Source: Candidatus Omnitrophota bacterium
Lineage (GTDB): Bacteria; Omnitrophota; Gorgyraeia; 1-14-0-20-64-10
Assembly (NCBI GenBank): GCA_023248155.1
Contig: JAHFFE010000003.1
Span: 108 to 64,107, forward strand
Direction of reading: 5' to 3'
DNA length: 64,000 nt
Part shown: piece after piece, positions 9,582 to 20,161 of the stretch
How positions within the stretch are numbered: position 1 is the first letter of the stretch
Layout of the letters: each line of letters starts with the position of its first letter
The notes under the pieces: generated by a model
What the model was told of the DNA's origin: nothing
The model's database searches: none
What the model saw: the letters and a program-made list of their open reading frames with translations, nothing else
Made by a program: the position numbers and the translations under genes

Positions 9582-11155
9582 TGCCTAAGATTACAATCGA
9601 CGGAAAAACAATTGAAGTTGCAGCCGGCACGACGGTAATCCAGGCGGCGGAGCAAGTAGGCGTTTTTATTCCGCGCTACTGCTACCATCCCGGTTTGTCG
9701 GTGGCGGGTAACTGCCGCATCTGTTTGGTCGATGTCGAGAAGGCCCCCAAGCTGCAGATTGCCTGCAACACGCCGGTCGCCGAGGGTATGGTCGTCAACA
9801 CCACCAGCAAGAAAGTCACGGATGGCCAGCAGAGCGTTCTGGAATTTTTATTGGCCAATCATCCGCTCGACTGCCCGGTCTGCGACCAGTCCGGCGAGTG
9901 CGACCTCCAAAACTTTTATATGCAGTACGGCCGGTACGATCCGCGTTTCGAAGAGCAGAAGAACAAGAAACCGAAGGCGGTTCCGATCGGGCCTACTGTT
10001 ATGCTCGATGCCGAGCGCTGTGTATTATGTTCGCGCTGTGTCCGCTTTACCGACGAAATTACCAAGACCGGTGAGTTCGGCATCTTCAACCGTGGTGAAA
10101 AAGCCGAGATCGGTTTGTATCCCGGTAAAACACTCGATAACGATTATTCCGGCAATGTGGTCGATATCTGCCCGGTGGGCGCTTTAACCGACCGCGATTT
10201 CCGCTTTAAGGCGCGTGTCTGGTACCTGTCGACGGCGCCGTCGGTCTGCAACGGCTGTTCGCAGGGTTGTAACATTGATGTGCATTATGTACTCGACCGC
10301 CCGCATCTGGCCGATGGCGCGCGCGTAATGCGCTTAAAACCGCGCTACAACGCCGATGTCAACCAGTGGTGGATCTGCGACGAGGGCCGTTATGGTTTTA
10401 AGTCGGCCGATCAGGACCGCATCGAGAAAATCTCCTTAAAGGGCGCTGTGGCTGCCTGGGATATCGCGCTTACGCAAATCGCCACGGCCGTCACCAAATT
10501 AAAAGCAGCCAACCAACTTTCCGCGATGGCGGTTATTCCGTCGGCACAGTTAACGATCGAAGACCTTTATGCCGTCAAGAAATTAACGGATCAGCTTCCG
10601 GGCGTTGTTTGTACGGCGCAGGTTCCGCCGCTGCCGGGCAAGTCAGACGATCTTTTGATGAAGGCCGATAAAAACCCGAACAGCGCCGGCGTTGCGTTGC
10701 TCGAACTTGATAAAACTCCGGCCAGTTCCATTATTGAGGCGGCAGTTTCCGGGCAGATCAAGATTCTCTGGGTGATCGGGCAGGACCTTGTGAAATTATT
10801 TGGCGAGGAGAAGGTGAAACAGCTGGCGCAGAAAGTGGAGCTGTTCATCTATCAGGGGCCGAATACCAACAAAACTTCTTCGTACGCGCATGTTGTTTTA
10901 CCGGCGTCGCATTATCTGGAAAAAGACGGCACCTTTATCAATGTTCAGAATCGTGTTCAGCGGATTGGTAAAATTCTTCCGGCACTGGGCGATTCCAAGG
11001 CCGACTGGCAGATTGTTGCCGCGCTGGCCGCCAAGCTGGGGTTAACCGCCGGCTGGAAATCACTGCCGGAGCTTTTTGTTGCTGCCGCTGCTGAGGTGAA
11101 GCCGCTCAATGGACTGACCTATGAAAAAATTGGTCAGCAGGGCTTCACGGTATGA
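9581..11155 (+). CDS. nuoG: NADH-quinone oxidoreductase subunit G (short form)
   Basis: PRYCYHP, GNCRICLV, HPLDCPVCDQSGECDLQ, CVLCSRCVRF; ATG 9581 overlaps the nuoEF stop. Confidence 0.95.
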   Translation: MPKITIDGKTIEVAAGTTVIQAAEQVGVFIPRYCYHPGLSVAGNCRICLVDVEKAPKLQIACNTPVAEGMVVNTTSKKVTDGQQSVLEFLLANHPLDCPVCDQSGECDLQNFYMQYGRYDPRFEEQKNKKPKAVPIGPTVMLDAERCVLCSRCVRFTDEITKTGEFGIFNRGEKAEIGLYPGKTLDNDYSGNVVDICPVGALTDRDFRFKARVWYLSTAPSVCNGCSQGCNIDVHYVLDRPHLADGARVMRLKPRYNADVNQWWICDEGRYGFKSADQDRIEKISLKGAVAAWDIALTQIATAVTKLKAANQLSAMAVIPSAQLTIEDLYAVKKLTDQLPGVVCTAQVPPLPGKSDDLLMKADKNPNSAGVALLELDKTPASSIIEAAVSGQIKILWVIGQDLVKLFGEEKVKQLAQKVELFIYQGPNTNKTSSYAHVVLPASHYLEKDGTFINVQNRVQRIGKILPALGDSKADWQIVAALAAKLGLTAGWKSLPELFVAAAAEVKPLNGLTYEKIGQQGFTV

Positions 11156-12231
11156 TCTGGGATATCGTTATTAAACTGGTGATCGCAGGGGCCGTTTTCT
11201 TTTTCGTGTTGAACCTGGCCGGCGCGCATACCTGGCTCGAGCGCAAGCAGTCGGCCGTGATGCAGGACCGCATCGGCGCCAATCGCGCCACGCTGTTCGG
11301 CCAGCGGCTGCTCGGCATTCCGCACTCGATTGCCGACGCCGTCAAGATGTTCACCAAAGAAGATTTTATTCCGGCCAATGCCGATCCATTCCTGCATACG
11401 CTGGCTCCATTCCTATCGGTATTTTTTGCAATGGTGGCGTTTGCCGGCATTCCGTTTGGCGATCATCTCATGCTGGGCGGGCGGATGATTGAATTGCAGG
11501 TGGCCAAGGTCGATGTGGCACTGCTCTATATTTTCGCGATGCTCTCGCTGGGCGTGTACGGTGTGATTCTGGCCGGCTATGCTTCGCGCAGCAACTACGC
11601 ACTGCTGGGTGCCATGCGGGCGTCAGCGCAGATGATCTCGTACGAAATCGCGCTGGGCGCCGGGATTGCCGGCATTGTAATGATTTACGGCACGCTCGAT
11701 CTGCAGGAAATGGTTCGCGCGCAGGGTGGGTTGGCCTGGGGTTTTCTGCCGAAATGGGGCATCTTTTTACAGCCGGTGGCGTTCTTTATTTTCCTGACCG
11801 CCGCGCTCGCTGAAACCAAGCGTACGCCGTTTGATCTTCCGGAAGGTGAGTCTGAAATCATCGGTTACTTTGTGGAATACAGCGGCATGAAATTCGGCAT
11901 GTTCTTTTTAACCGACTTCGTGGAAACCATTTTGGTGGCCTGCCTGGCGACGACGCTGTTCTTCGGCGGGTGGCAGATCCCGGGTCTCTCGGTCGCCGGG
12001 TTTAATTTCTTCGGACATCTGATCGCGGTTAACCCGGTTATTTACGCATTATTGGGTGTCATGAGCTTTACGCTGAAGGTGCTGATCTTCTGCTGGCTCT
12101 TTATGGCGATCCGCTGGACATTACCCCGGTTCCGCTATGATCAGTTAATGCGATTGGGCTGGCAGTACCTGTTTCCGATCGCGATCGCGAATGTGGTAAT
12201 AACCGGCCTTATTCTGGCCCTGGTAAAATAA
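11152..12231 (+). CDS. nuoH: NADH-quinone oxidoreductase subunit H
   Basis: ERK...QDRIGANR, RTPFDLPEGESE, PRFRYDQL. Confidence 0.96.
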   Translation: MIWDIVIKLVIAGAVFFFVLNLAGAHTWLERKQSAVMQDRIGANRATLFGQRLLGIPHSIADAVKMFTKEDFIPANADPFLHTLAPFLSVFFAMVAFAGIPFGDHLMLGGRMIELQVAKVDVALLYIFAMLSLGVYGVILAGYASRSNYALLGAMRASAQMISYEIALGAGIAGIVMIYGTLDLQEMVRAQGGLAWGFLPKWGIFLQPVAFFIFLTAALAETKRTPFDLPEGESEIIGYFVEYSGMKFGMFFLTDFVETILVACLATTLFFGGWQIPGLSVAGFNFFGHLIAVNPVIYALLGVMSFTLKVLIFCWLFMAIRWTLPRFRYDQLMRLGWQYLFPIAIANVVITGLILALVK

Positions 12232-12878
12232 TGGCAATCCGTAAGCGCGAGCTGACATTCTGGGAAAAATTATATTTGCCGCAGATCTTTTCCGGTTTGA
12301 AGCTGACGATGAAACATTTCTTCGTTAACCTCTTTATTCACATGGCGCACCGGCTCGGTTTAATGAAGAACAGTTCGGCGGCCGTGACGATTCAGTACCC
12401 CGAAGAACGGCGCTGGCTGGCTCCGCGTTTGCGCACGCGCCATCGGTTGATGCTGCGCGAAGAGGGGACCCCTCGCTGCGTGGGCTGCATGATGTGTGAA
12501 ACGATCTGCCCGGCCAAGTGTATTACCATCGTAGCGGGTGAGCACCCGGACCCGAATGTCGAAAAATACCCGACGCGGTTCGATATCGACCTCGGCAAGT
12601 GCGTTTACTGCGGTTATTGTGTTGAGGCTTGCCCGGAAGATGCGATCCGGATGGATACCCAAATCCTGGACATCGCCGCTTACTCCCGAGACGCGATGAA
12701 GCTCGATATGCACGAACTGCTCAACCCAACATTGCGCAAGCCGCTTAAAGAATGCGAGCTTAAATTTCCGCACAAGTGCGCCATCCATGACGGTAAGATA
12801 ACCGGCAGCTGGGATGCCGTCTATGGCAAAGGCCCCAAGAAGTCCAACCAGTTCGAGTCTGAAACACCCTCGCACTAA
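12231..12878 (+). CDS. nuoI: NADH-quinone oxidoreductase subunit I
   Basis: TIQYPEE and two CxxCxxCxxxCP motifs. Confidence 0.96.
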   Translation: MAIRKRELTFWEKLYLPQIFSGLKLTMKHFFVNLFIHMAHRLGLMKNSSAAVTIQYPEERRWLAPRLRTRHRLMLREEGTPRCVGCMMCETICPAKCITIVAGEHPDPNVEKYPTRFDIDLGKCVYCGYCVEACPEDAIRMDTQILDIAAYSRDAMKLDMHELLNPTLRKPLKECELKFPHKCAIHDGKITGSWDAVYGKGPKKSNQFESETPSH

Positions 12879-12901
12879 TCCGTCTGGGGTATAATAACCC
12901 C

Positions 12902-13912
12902 ATGGATACTCAGTGGATATTGCCTGCGGTTATTGTGGGTGCTATTTTTCTGGCTGAGATTCTCCCGCCTTTGTTGGTAAAAACCCGTTTGTTGAAACTC
13001 CCCACTGAATTATCTAGTTACAAACTGTTTTTCAGAACAGTACGCCAATTTTCTATTCGATTTCTTATTGCAGCCGTTGTGCTGGTCATTATTTTTGTTC
13101 GCCCCCAGTTCCTCGCTTTTATTCCTGCTCAGTTTGGGCTTTTTGTTTTTTATGGAATTTTATCCTCGGTAATTATTACCGTTCTTGTGTATAGAACTGT
13201 GCCTGTATTGGGAACCCTTTGTCCTCAGTGCGGAAAAAAACTGAAAAAACATGATAACGAGCCCGATACGATTGAATCGATTCTAATCAGGAAGCCGTGC
13301 CCGCAATGCGGATTAAAATTCGCGAAACCAGTTGATTCCGAACGAATGGCAGAGGAAGGAGAAAGGTCATTCTTCGATTATCTTGCTCTTTCTTTCGGAA
13401 ATAACTCTAAGTGTTCTATCTGTGGACAGCCCGGTCGGGATAATTTTGAAGATGGCAGGGGAAAGGAAAAACGCCTTTGCAGGGATCATGTCGTCAGTGA
13501 GCTGGAGAAGGAATTTCTCGCGTTCGACAAGAAGATGGTGGTGGTTTATCCGGGGCTGGAAGATCGCAAGAAGGCTTTTTATGTTTATCAGTACTACACG
13601 ACCGCCGAGATTAAGAAATTTAATATGAAGGAGATCGTGGGCGATTTAACCGAAAGCGGATTGGCTGCCATTGGCGGAGAGTGTAAAAAGTGTTCAGGAA
13701 AGGCGAGTGTGGCTTATTTCGGCAAGGGAACTTTTCGCTGGGAAGACGACTATCCAAAGCTGGAAGAAATTGACCATGCTCCTGAAATTCTCTGCCGCAA
13801 ATGTACTTTTAAGCAGATCAGGGAATCACTGCGGAGTTTTCAGGGATATTTTAATGAACCGGTCACTTCGCCCCATAAGGATGAAGGGATCCAATTGCCT
13901 TGGACGCTTTGA
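12902..13912 (+). CDS. Hypothetical membrane protein with several CxxC zinc-ribbon motifs
   Basis: 3 hydrophobic segments, then CPQC..CPQC, CSIC..CRDH, CKKC..CRKC; TATAAT 6 nt before the ATG. Confidence 0.7.
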   Translation: MDTQWILPAVIVGAIFLAEILPPLLVKTRLLKLPTELSSYKLFFRTVRQFSIRFLIAAVVLVIIFVRPQFLAFIPAQFGLFVFYGILSSVIITVLVYRTVPVLGTLCPQCGKKLKKHDNEPDTIESILIRKPCPQCGLKFAKPVDSERMAEEGERSFFDYLALSFGNNSKCSICGQPGRDNFEDGRGKEKRLCRDHVVSELEKEFLAFDKKMVVVYPGLEDRKKAFYVYQYYTTAEIKKFNMKEIVGDLTESGLAAIGGECKKCSGKASVAYFGKGTFRWEDDYPKLEEIDHAPEILCRKCTFKQIRESLRSFQGYFNEPVTSPHKDEGIQLPWTL

Positions 13913-13928
13913 CCAAAGGAGAGAATAA

Positions 13929-14234
13929 ATGAACGCTCAATCATTAAAAATACCGGTGATTGTCTCATGCGTTATGTTGTTGATCGCGATTATTGGCGAT
14001 GCGTCCTCCGGATACTATACGTTGTTGCGATTAGTGGTGTGCGGAACAGCGGGTCTTTCGGCCTGGCTTGCCAAAGAGCAGAAAAAGGATGTCTGGTTAT
14101 GGGGTTTGATTCTTATCGCGTTGGTCTTTAATCCGATTGTTCCTGTCCGGTTCGACAGGGACCTGTGGGGGATAATCAGTTTTTGCGCCGGGGCTGCCCT
14201 CTTTGTTTTCTATATGCAGAATAAGCCCCGCTAA
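13929..14234 (+). CDS. Small membrane protein (DUF6804-like)
   Basis: GYYTLLRLVVC and LVFNPIVPV...W pattern; AAGGAG SD. Confidence 0.7.
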   Translation: MNAQSLKIPVIVSCVMLLIAIIGDASSGYYTLLRLVVCGTAGLSAWLAKEQKKDVWLWGLILIALVFNPIVPVRFDRDLWGIISFCAGAALFVFYMQNKPR

Positions 14235-14320
14235 ATTTGCCGCGAAGGCTATAAAAGGACGAGCCATGAATTTGCGCCGTACCGGTACCGGGTTCGGAGG
14301 GGACAGGTTAGATAGCTAAG

Positions 14321-14545
14321 ATGCGACTACAGGTGAAGGTAGTGCCCCGGGCTAAGAAGCCGGGCGTTGAACAGCTCGCTGACGGTACCTGGAAAGTTTC
14401 TGTATCTGCCCCGGCCGAAGATGGCCGGGCGAACGCCGCGGTTATTGAAGCGCTTGCCAAACATTTCGACACTCCAAAAAACTCCATCCGAATTATCCGC
14501 GGGGAAACCAGCCGCATCAAACTGCTCGAGATTGCCTCAACTTGA
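14321..14545 (+). CDS. DUF167 / YggU family protein
   Basis: VKVVPRA...VSAPAEDGRANAAVIEALA...GETSRIK. Confidence 0.88.
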   Translation: MRLQVKVVPRAKKPGVEQLADGTWKVSVSAPAEDGRANAAVIEALAKHFDTPKNSIRIIRGETSRIKLLEIAST

Positions 14546-14560
14546 CATCGCAAAATGCGA

Positions 14561-14593
14561 CCAGTCATGGTTCGATAGGCTCACCACGACCGG
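14561..14593. repeat. Short REP-like palindrome
   Basis: CCAGTCATGG-TTCGATAGGCTCA-CCACGACCGG hairpin; resembles, from recall, the TGGTTCGACAxGCTCACCA intergenic repeats of environmental bacteria. Confidence 0.55.
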
Positions 14594-14691
14594 ATAATTA
14601 AGATCTCCGATAAAATGATTTGGGAATGATGTCTATCCTTGATATTGCTGAATACACACAAATATTGTAATATAAGAATTTGGACGGTGGA

Positions 14692-14720
14692 TTGACAATA
14701 TAACTTAGGAGTTATATACT
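14692..14720 (+). promoter_or_regulatory. Sigma70 promoter with overlapping palindromic operator for the TA pair
   Basis: TTGACA(14692)-17 nt-TATACT(14715); perfect palindrome ATATAACT-tagg-AGTTATAT at 14698-14717. Confidence 0.75.
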
Positions 14721-14721
14721 T

Positions 14722-15066
14722 ATGAGTGCGAGGGAAGTGGTTTATTATTTGGATGATAAGGGCCGGTGTCCGGTTCTTGAGGAGTTAGATCGACTGACTC
14801 CGAATGAGCGGGGTAAGATTCTCGCTTATATTTCGCTGCTCGAAGAGCAGGGTGAAGCGCTTCGCCGGCCGATTGCCGATTATGTAGGGGATAAGTTATA
14901 TGAACTTCGGCCAAAAGCGCATCGTGTGCTTTATTTCTTTTATGTTGAGAGGCAAGTGGTTATTCTGCATTTGTTTCGAAAGAAGACGGATAGGCTTCCT
15001 GAAAAGGAGCGGCAGGTTGCGTTGGAGCGAATGAAAGATATTATTCAGCGTGGAGGGATAAAATGA
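14722..15066 (+). CDS. Type II TA toxin, RelE/HigB (phage Gp49-like) family
   Basis: G.CPV.E.L...KLYELR...RVLYFF...VILHLFRKKT; toxin precedes an HTH gene. Confidence 0.85.
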   Translation: MSAREVVYYLDDKGRCPVLEELDRLTPNERGKILAYISLLEEQGEALRRPIADYVGDKLYELRPKAHRVLYFFYVERQVVILHLFRKKTDRLPEKERQVALERMKDIIQRGGIK

Positions 15067-15374
15067 AACGTGTTCAATTGATAGCGCATAAGGAAGTTCT
15101 CGGGAAATATCTTAAAGATGAGAAATTCCGCAAGGATTACGAACAGGAGCTTGAGAAGCTGCGCATCGTGCACGCGTTGGTTAGTCTTCGGGAACGCCGG
15201 GGATTAACGCAGGCAGCTCTCGCTCGACGAATGCATGTGACCCAGCCATTTATTGCCAAGCTGGAATCCGGCCAGATACGGAATTTTAATCTGGAAACTT
15301 TAGTGAAAGTAGCTGTTGCGCTGGATAGTGAATTGGAAGTGCGATTTAGACCGCATATCGCTCGTGCGGCATGA
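15063..15374 (+). CDS. XRE-family HTH antitoxin (HigA-like)
   Basis: LRERRGLTQAALARRMHVTQPFIAKLESG; ATGA overlap with the toxin. Confidence 0.85.
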   Translation: MKRVQLIAHKEVLGKYLKDEKFRKDYEQELEKLRIVHALVSLRERRGLTQAALARRMHVTQPFIAKLESGQIRNFNLETLVKVAVALDSELEVRFRPHIARAA

Positions 15375-15381
15375 CAGGGTT

Positions 15382-16818
15382 TTAGAAGATGTGCTGGATG
15401 GAGCGGATGGAAATCGCCAGGAACGGATACTGCCAAATTCCCAGCACGAAGATTCCAATCAGGCAGGCAACGATCGACATCTTCATTGTGGTACCGATTT
15501 TGATCGGAGTAGCATCAACCGGTTCGTCGGCATAAAGCGTTTGGACGACCCGCAAGTAGTAGTAGAGTGAAATTACCACAGCCACCGCACCAATAATTGC
15601 CAGCGTTAAATAACCCTGTGACAAGGCACTTAAGACCAGTAGGAACTTTCCGAAGAATCCCGCCATCGGCGGAACACCTGCCAGCGATAATAGACCGATG
15701 AACATCGCCGCCGCCAAGAACGGTGACCGCTTTGAAAGCCCCGCGAACGATTTAATTTCATCGGAACCGGTTTGCAATGTAACCGCTGTAATTACGAGGA
15801 ACAACACCAGGTTTGTGAACAAATAGCCGAGCAGGTAATAGGAAACCGCTGCCGAGCCGATATCGACGCCGGCAGTAATACCCATCAATAAATAACCGGC
15901 ATGGCCGATTGATGAATAAGCCATGAATCGTTTGATATTGGTTTGCGGGATCGCGCAAAGATTGCCGTACAAAATGGTGGCTCCGGATGCGAATACCAGC
16001 ACGCTGTTCCAGGCCATCGAGAACGGCAGGAACAGTTCCTGCAAAATCCGCAGCGCCACCAAAAATGCCAGCGCCTTCGAGCCGACCGACAAGAATGCGG
16101 TGACCGGCGTGGGTGCGCCCTGGTAAACATCGGGCGCCCAAATTTGGAACGGTACCACTGCTGCTTTAAACAAAATGCCCGCCAGTACCAGCAAGATGCC
16201 GAACACCAGGCCGGCCGGTAAAGTCTGCGCGCGCAGAGACATCGCGTGGATCGTTTCAAAGTGCAGGGAACCGGTGGTGCCGTAAATAAAGGCGATGCCG
16301 TACAAGAACAGCGCCGAAGAAAGCGAGCCGAGCACGAGGTACTTCAGGCCGCTCTCGAGCGATTGCAGATTGGTATGCAGATAAGAGACCAGCACATAGA
16401 GCGTAATGGCGACCAGTTCGAGCGAGATGAATAGCATCAGGAAGTTGGCCGATGACGCGGCCAGGAACATACCGAGCACGGCGATTAAGAACAGCAGATA
16501 AAATTCGCCATGCGCGCGGTCAACCGCTTTTCCGAATTCGCGCGCCAGCACCAGCGCCACGATACCGGACACCGTAAAAATGCCCTTAAAAAATAGCGCC
16601 ATCGTATCGACGCGGAACATGCCGCTGAATAGTTCATGCGAGCCGCCTTCTTTGGCCAGCAGAAATAAAATGGGGAACAGCGGCAGCATGCCGGCGATGG
16701 CGATTAAGCCCATCAGCGGATGTTTCTCTTCGCCCCATTTTAGGTCCAGCGCCAATAGCAGGAAGATGATGGTGCTGAGCCATACCTCGGGTAATATCCA
16801 GAAGAGGGTGTGCATCAT
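15382..16818 (-). CDS. nuoN: NADH-quinone oxidoreductase subunit N
   Basis: ESGLKYLVLG, FKAAVVPFQIWAPDVYQGAPTP, AYSSIGHAGY. Confidence 0.96.
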   Translation of the reverse strand: MMHTLFWILPEVWLSTIIFLLLALDLKWGEEKHPLMGLIAIAGMLPLFPILFLLAKEGGSHELFSGMFRVDTMALFFKGIFTVSGIVALVLAREFGKAVDRAHGEFYLLFLIAVLGMFLAASSANFLMLFISLELVAITLYVLVSYLHTNLQSLESGLKYLVLGSLSSALFLYGIAFIYGTTGSLHFETIHAMSLRAQTLPAGLVFGILLVLAGILFKAAVVPFQIWAPDVYQGAPTPVTAFLSVGSKALAFLVALRILQELFLPFSMAWNSVLVFASGATILYGNLCAIPQTNIKRFMAYSSIGHAGYLLMGITAGVDIGSAAVSYYLLGYLFTNLVLFLVITAVTLQTGSDEIKSFAGLSKRSPFLAAAMFIGLLSLAGVPPMAGFFGKFLLVLSALSQGYLTLAIIGAVAVVISLYYYLRVVQTLYADEPVDATPIKIGTTMKMSIVACLIGIFVLGIWQYPFLAISIRSIQHIF

Positions 16819-18281
16819 TTTAAGTGCGCCAGAATATTCGGTGTTGCCGTGGAAATAATTTCAAGCAGCGAGCGCGGCCAGATACCAACGATCATGAGTG
16901 CCGCCAGTAAAATGAGGTACGGAATTTTTTCAAAGTTAGTGGCGTCTTTTAACTCGGCCCATTTCGGATTGAGCGGGCCGAAGAAAGCGGTACGTACCGT
17001 CCGCAGCATATAAAACGCGGTGGTGACGATGCCGAAGATGGCAGCCAGCGCCGACCAGCGATAAACATTCCACGACGCGAAGAAGATCAACAGTTCGGAA
17101 ACGAAGTTGGCGAAGCCAGGCAAACCGCTGGATGCCATTGCTGCCATGATGAACAGTGTGGAAACAAACGGAATCTGCCGTGCCAGACCGCCCCATTCGG
17201 CGGTGATGCGGGTATGCGTTTGATCGTAAATATGGCCGATTGCCGCGAAGGCCAGTGCCGTCATGATGCCGTGCGCGAACATCAGCAGTACCGCGCCGTT
17301 TAATCCGACCGGGTTCATGCAGGCCAGGCCCAGCAATACATAACCCATATGGCTGGATGACGAATAACCGATTGTGAATTTAATATCTTTCTGCGCCATT
17401 GCCACGAAACCGCCGTATAAAATGTTCATGATCGCGATGATCGCCACCCAGGGCATCCAGAATTGCGCGCCGGCGGGCAGTAACTGCATGGCGATGCGCA
17501 AAATGGCGTAGGAGCCCAGTTTCATCAGCACGCCGGCATGCAGCATGCTTACAGCCGATGGCGCTGATGCGTGGCCGAGCGGCGACCAGGAATGCAGAGG
17601 CCACATTGGCGCGATCACGCCGAAACCGAACAGCAGGAACGGGAATACCCAGACCTGCAGTTGAGTCGGAAGCGGATTCTGCATCAAGTACCGCTCTAAA
17701 AAGATCAGGTCAAAACTTTGCGCGCCGCTGGCCAGATAAACGATTGAAAGACCGATGAGCGCCAACACCGCGCCGGCGGTCAGGTAAAGCGTCAGCTTCA
17801 TCGTGGCATATTCTTTGTCTTTCGATCCCCAGATGCCGATCAACGGGAACATCGGGATCACAGCCATTTCGTAGAACAGGTAGAAAAAGAACAGGTCGAG
17901 TGAAGCGAAGACGCCGGCCACGCCGCCGATCAAGAGCAGGTAGAAGATGTAATATTCTTTGACGCGCTTCTGCACGCGGTAGGAAACCAGTACGCCGGTA
18001 AACGAGCAGAGCGAGTGCAGAAGAACAAGCACGACGCTGATGCCGTCGAGGCCCACCTGATAATTAATGCCGAGCGTGGGAATCCAACTGATTTTTTCCA
18101 GACACTGATAGCCGCCGAGCACTTTATCGTAATGGTAAACGCAATGCAGGGCGATCAACAGCGGCACCGCCGTAAATGCGGTGGCGATCCAGCGAACCCA
18201 CTTGTCGCGCCCCTGCGGAACCATCATTAAAAGGATGGCGCCGATGATCGGCGATAAAACGAGTGCGCTTACTGGACCCAT
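16815..18281 (-). CDS. nuoM: NADH-quinone oxidoreductase subunit M
   Basis: GLDGIS, FYLFYE, PLHSW, LMKLGSY, SGLPGFANFVSE; start could alternatively be 18293. Confidence 0.95.
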   Translation of the reverse strand: MGPVSALVLSPIIGAILLMMVPQGRDKWVRWIATAFTAVPLLIALHCVYHYDKVLGGYQCLEKISWIPTLGINYQVGLDGISVVLVLLHSLCSFTGVLVSYRVQKRVKEYYIFYLLLIGGVAGVFASLDLFFFYLFYEMAVIPMFPLIGIWGSKDKEYATMKLTLYLTAGAVLALIGLSIVYLASGAQSFDLIFLERYLMQNPLPTQLQVWVFPFLLFGFGVIAPMWPLHSWSPLGHASAPSAVSMLHAGVLMKLGSYAILRIAMQLLPAGAQFWMPWVAIIAIMNILYGGFVAMAQKDIKFTIGYSSSSHMGYVLLGLACMNPVGLNGAVLLMFAHGIMTALAFAAIGHIYDQTHTRITAEWGGLARQIPFVSTLFIMAAMASSGLPGFANFVSELLIFFASWNVYRWSALAAIFGIVTTAFYMLRTVRTAFFGPLNPKWAELKDATNFEKIPYLILLAALMIVGIWPRSLLEIISTATPNILAHLK

Positions 18282-20161
18282 CGGAATACCCATAAGAAGA
18301 TGGCGGCAAAACCAATCCAGACCATAAACGCGTAGCTCTGAACGCGCCCGGTTTGAATGCGGCGAAGGACCAGCCCGGTGACACCGGTTATTTTAGCCAT
18401 GCCGTTGGCGAACAGGCCCATGATTACATATTTCTCGAACAGGCCGAGGAATACCGCGCCTTGCTGTTGAACGTTCTGGTTTAAGTAGCGGTAAATCTCG
18501 TCGATCCAATATTTACGCGTGAGCGGTGTGGCCAGCCAGGTCAGTTTCTTTTGCGCGGCGGCGGAGGGCTGCATTCCTTTGCTGTAAATCATGAATGCCA
18601 GCGCGAGGCCGCCAATGGCTACAATCGACGAGATGATCGCCACCGTCATGTTGAACTCGACGTGGATGCCGCCATGCGTCGTGTGATGCAAGAATTCCGG
18701 GAAGCCCATGAAACCGCCGAAGATCGTCGGGATCGTTAACAGCATTAAGGGAATGGTCATCGCCCAGGGTGATTCGTGAATGCCGCCATGATGTCCGTGG
18801 GACTCCTCGTGATGATGAACGCGGCTTTCACCGAGAAACGCGATGCTGAACAAGCGGCCCATATAAAAGGCGGTGAGTCCGGCAGTCAGCGTGCCGACGA
18901 GATAAAGAATTTTATTCTGATGAAATGCGACAGCCAGAATTTCGTCCTTGCTCCAGAAACCACTGAGAGGAAAAATTCCGCAGAGTGCCAGTGTTGCCAG
19001 CAGGAATGTCCAGCCGGTGATCGGCATTTTCTTGAGCAGGCCGCCCATTTTCCAGATGTCGTTGCTGTGCACCGCGTGAATCGCCGAACCGGCTCCCAAG
19101 AATAACAGCGCTTTAAAGAAGGCGTGTGTGGTCAGGTGATAGATGCCGGCTGTGTAACCGCCGAGACCAAGCGCCATTACCATATAACCTAGCTGGCTCA
19201 ATGTAGAGAAGGCGAGAATTCGTTTAATGTCGTTCTCGACGAGCGCCATACTCGCGGCGAACAGGGCAGTAAACCCGCCGATCCAGGCAACCATGATCAG
19301 CGCCTGAGGCGCTTCCCAGAATAAGAAATAAGTCCGTGCAATTAAATAAACGCCGGCAGCCACCATCGTGGCGGCATGGATTAATGCGGAAACCGGAGTG
19401 GGGCCTTCCATCGCGTCGGGCAGCCAGACATGCAACGGGAACTGCGCCGATTTACCGAGCACGCCGCAGAAAACCAGCGCCGCGGCAACGGAGAGCGTTG
19501 CACTGGAAATTAATCCGCCATGAACAAATTCCGGAATCCGATGGGCCAGTTCAACAAAGTTGAGTGTTTTTTCGTGTCCGCCGAGGCCGGAGATATTCCA
19601 GAGCGTTAAGATACCGAGTAAAAATCCGAAGTCGGCGATGCGGTTTACCAAAAATGCTTTTTTGCCGGCGGCGGCTGCGCTGGGTTTCTCGTACCAGTAA
19701 CCAATCAACAGATAAGAACTGGCGCCGACGAGTTCCCAGAAAATAAAGAGGCTGACGAAATTATTGGAAAGGACAATGCCGAGCATTGAGAAAGCAAACA
19801 GTGACAGGCAGGCGAAATAACGGGTGTAGCTGCGATCTTCCTTCATATAACCGGTGGAATAGATAAAGACCATTAATCCGACGCCGGTCACCACGAGACT
19901 CATCAAGATGGCCGGTTTATCGAGCAGAAGACCAAACTCCAGCAATAGGCCGGGCAGGTTAATCCAGTTGAGTGAACTTTGAATAATCTGCGGATGTTCG
20001 CCGCCGGCATGCATCAGCGCTTGCAGCGCGCAGACGAAGCTGACTACCAAGCCGCCGATGGCTAATGCGGTGCTGGCCGGTTTTGATTTACGCGCGCCCA
20101 GAACAATGGCCACACAGGCCAGCAGCGGCGCAAACAGTAAAATCCAGGGAAGGGCTACCAC
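18269..20161 (-). CDS. nuoL: NADH-quinone oxidoreductase subunit L
   Basis: FIFWELVG, KSAQFPLHVWLPDAMEGPTPVSALIHAATMV; GTG start at 20161 formed by the element's terminal G plus the duplicated target. Confidence 0.95.
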   Translation of the reverse strand: MVALPWILLFAPLLACVAIVLGARKSKPASTALAIGGLVVSFVCALQALMHAGGEHPQIIQSSLNWINLPGLLLEFGLLLDKPAILMSLVVTGVGLMVFIYSTGYMKEDRSYTRYFACLSLFAFSMLGIVLSNNFVSLFIFWELVGASSYLLIGYWYEKPSAAAAGKKAFLVNRIADFGFLLGILTLWNISGLGGHEKTLNFVELAHRIPEFVHGGLISSATLSVAAALVFCGVLGKSAQFPLHVWLPDAMEGPTPVSALIHAATMVAAGVYLIARTYFLFWEAPQALIMVAWIGGFTALFAASMALVENDIKRILAFSTLSQLGYMVMALGLGGYTAGIYHLTTHAFFKALLFLGAGSAIHAVHSNDIWKMGGLLKKMPITGWTFLLATLALCGIFPLSGFWSKDEILAVAFHQNKILYLVGTLTAGLTAFYMGRLFSIAFLGESRVHHHEESHGHHGGIHESPWAMTIPLMLLTIPTIFGGFMGFPEFLHHTTHGGIHVEFNMTVAIISSIVAIGGLALAFMIYSKGMQPSAAAQKKLTWLATPLTRKYWIDEIYRYLNQNVQQQGAVFLGLFEKYVIMGLFANGMAKITGVTGLVLRRIQTGRVQSYAFMVWIGFAAIFLWVFRWVQ

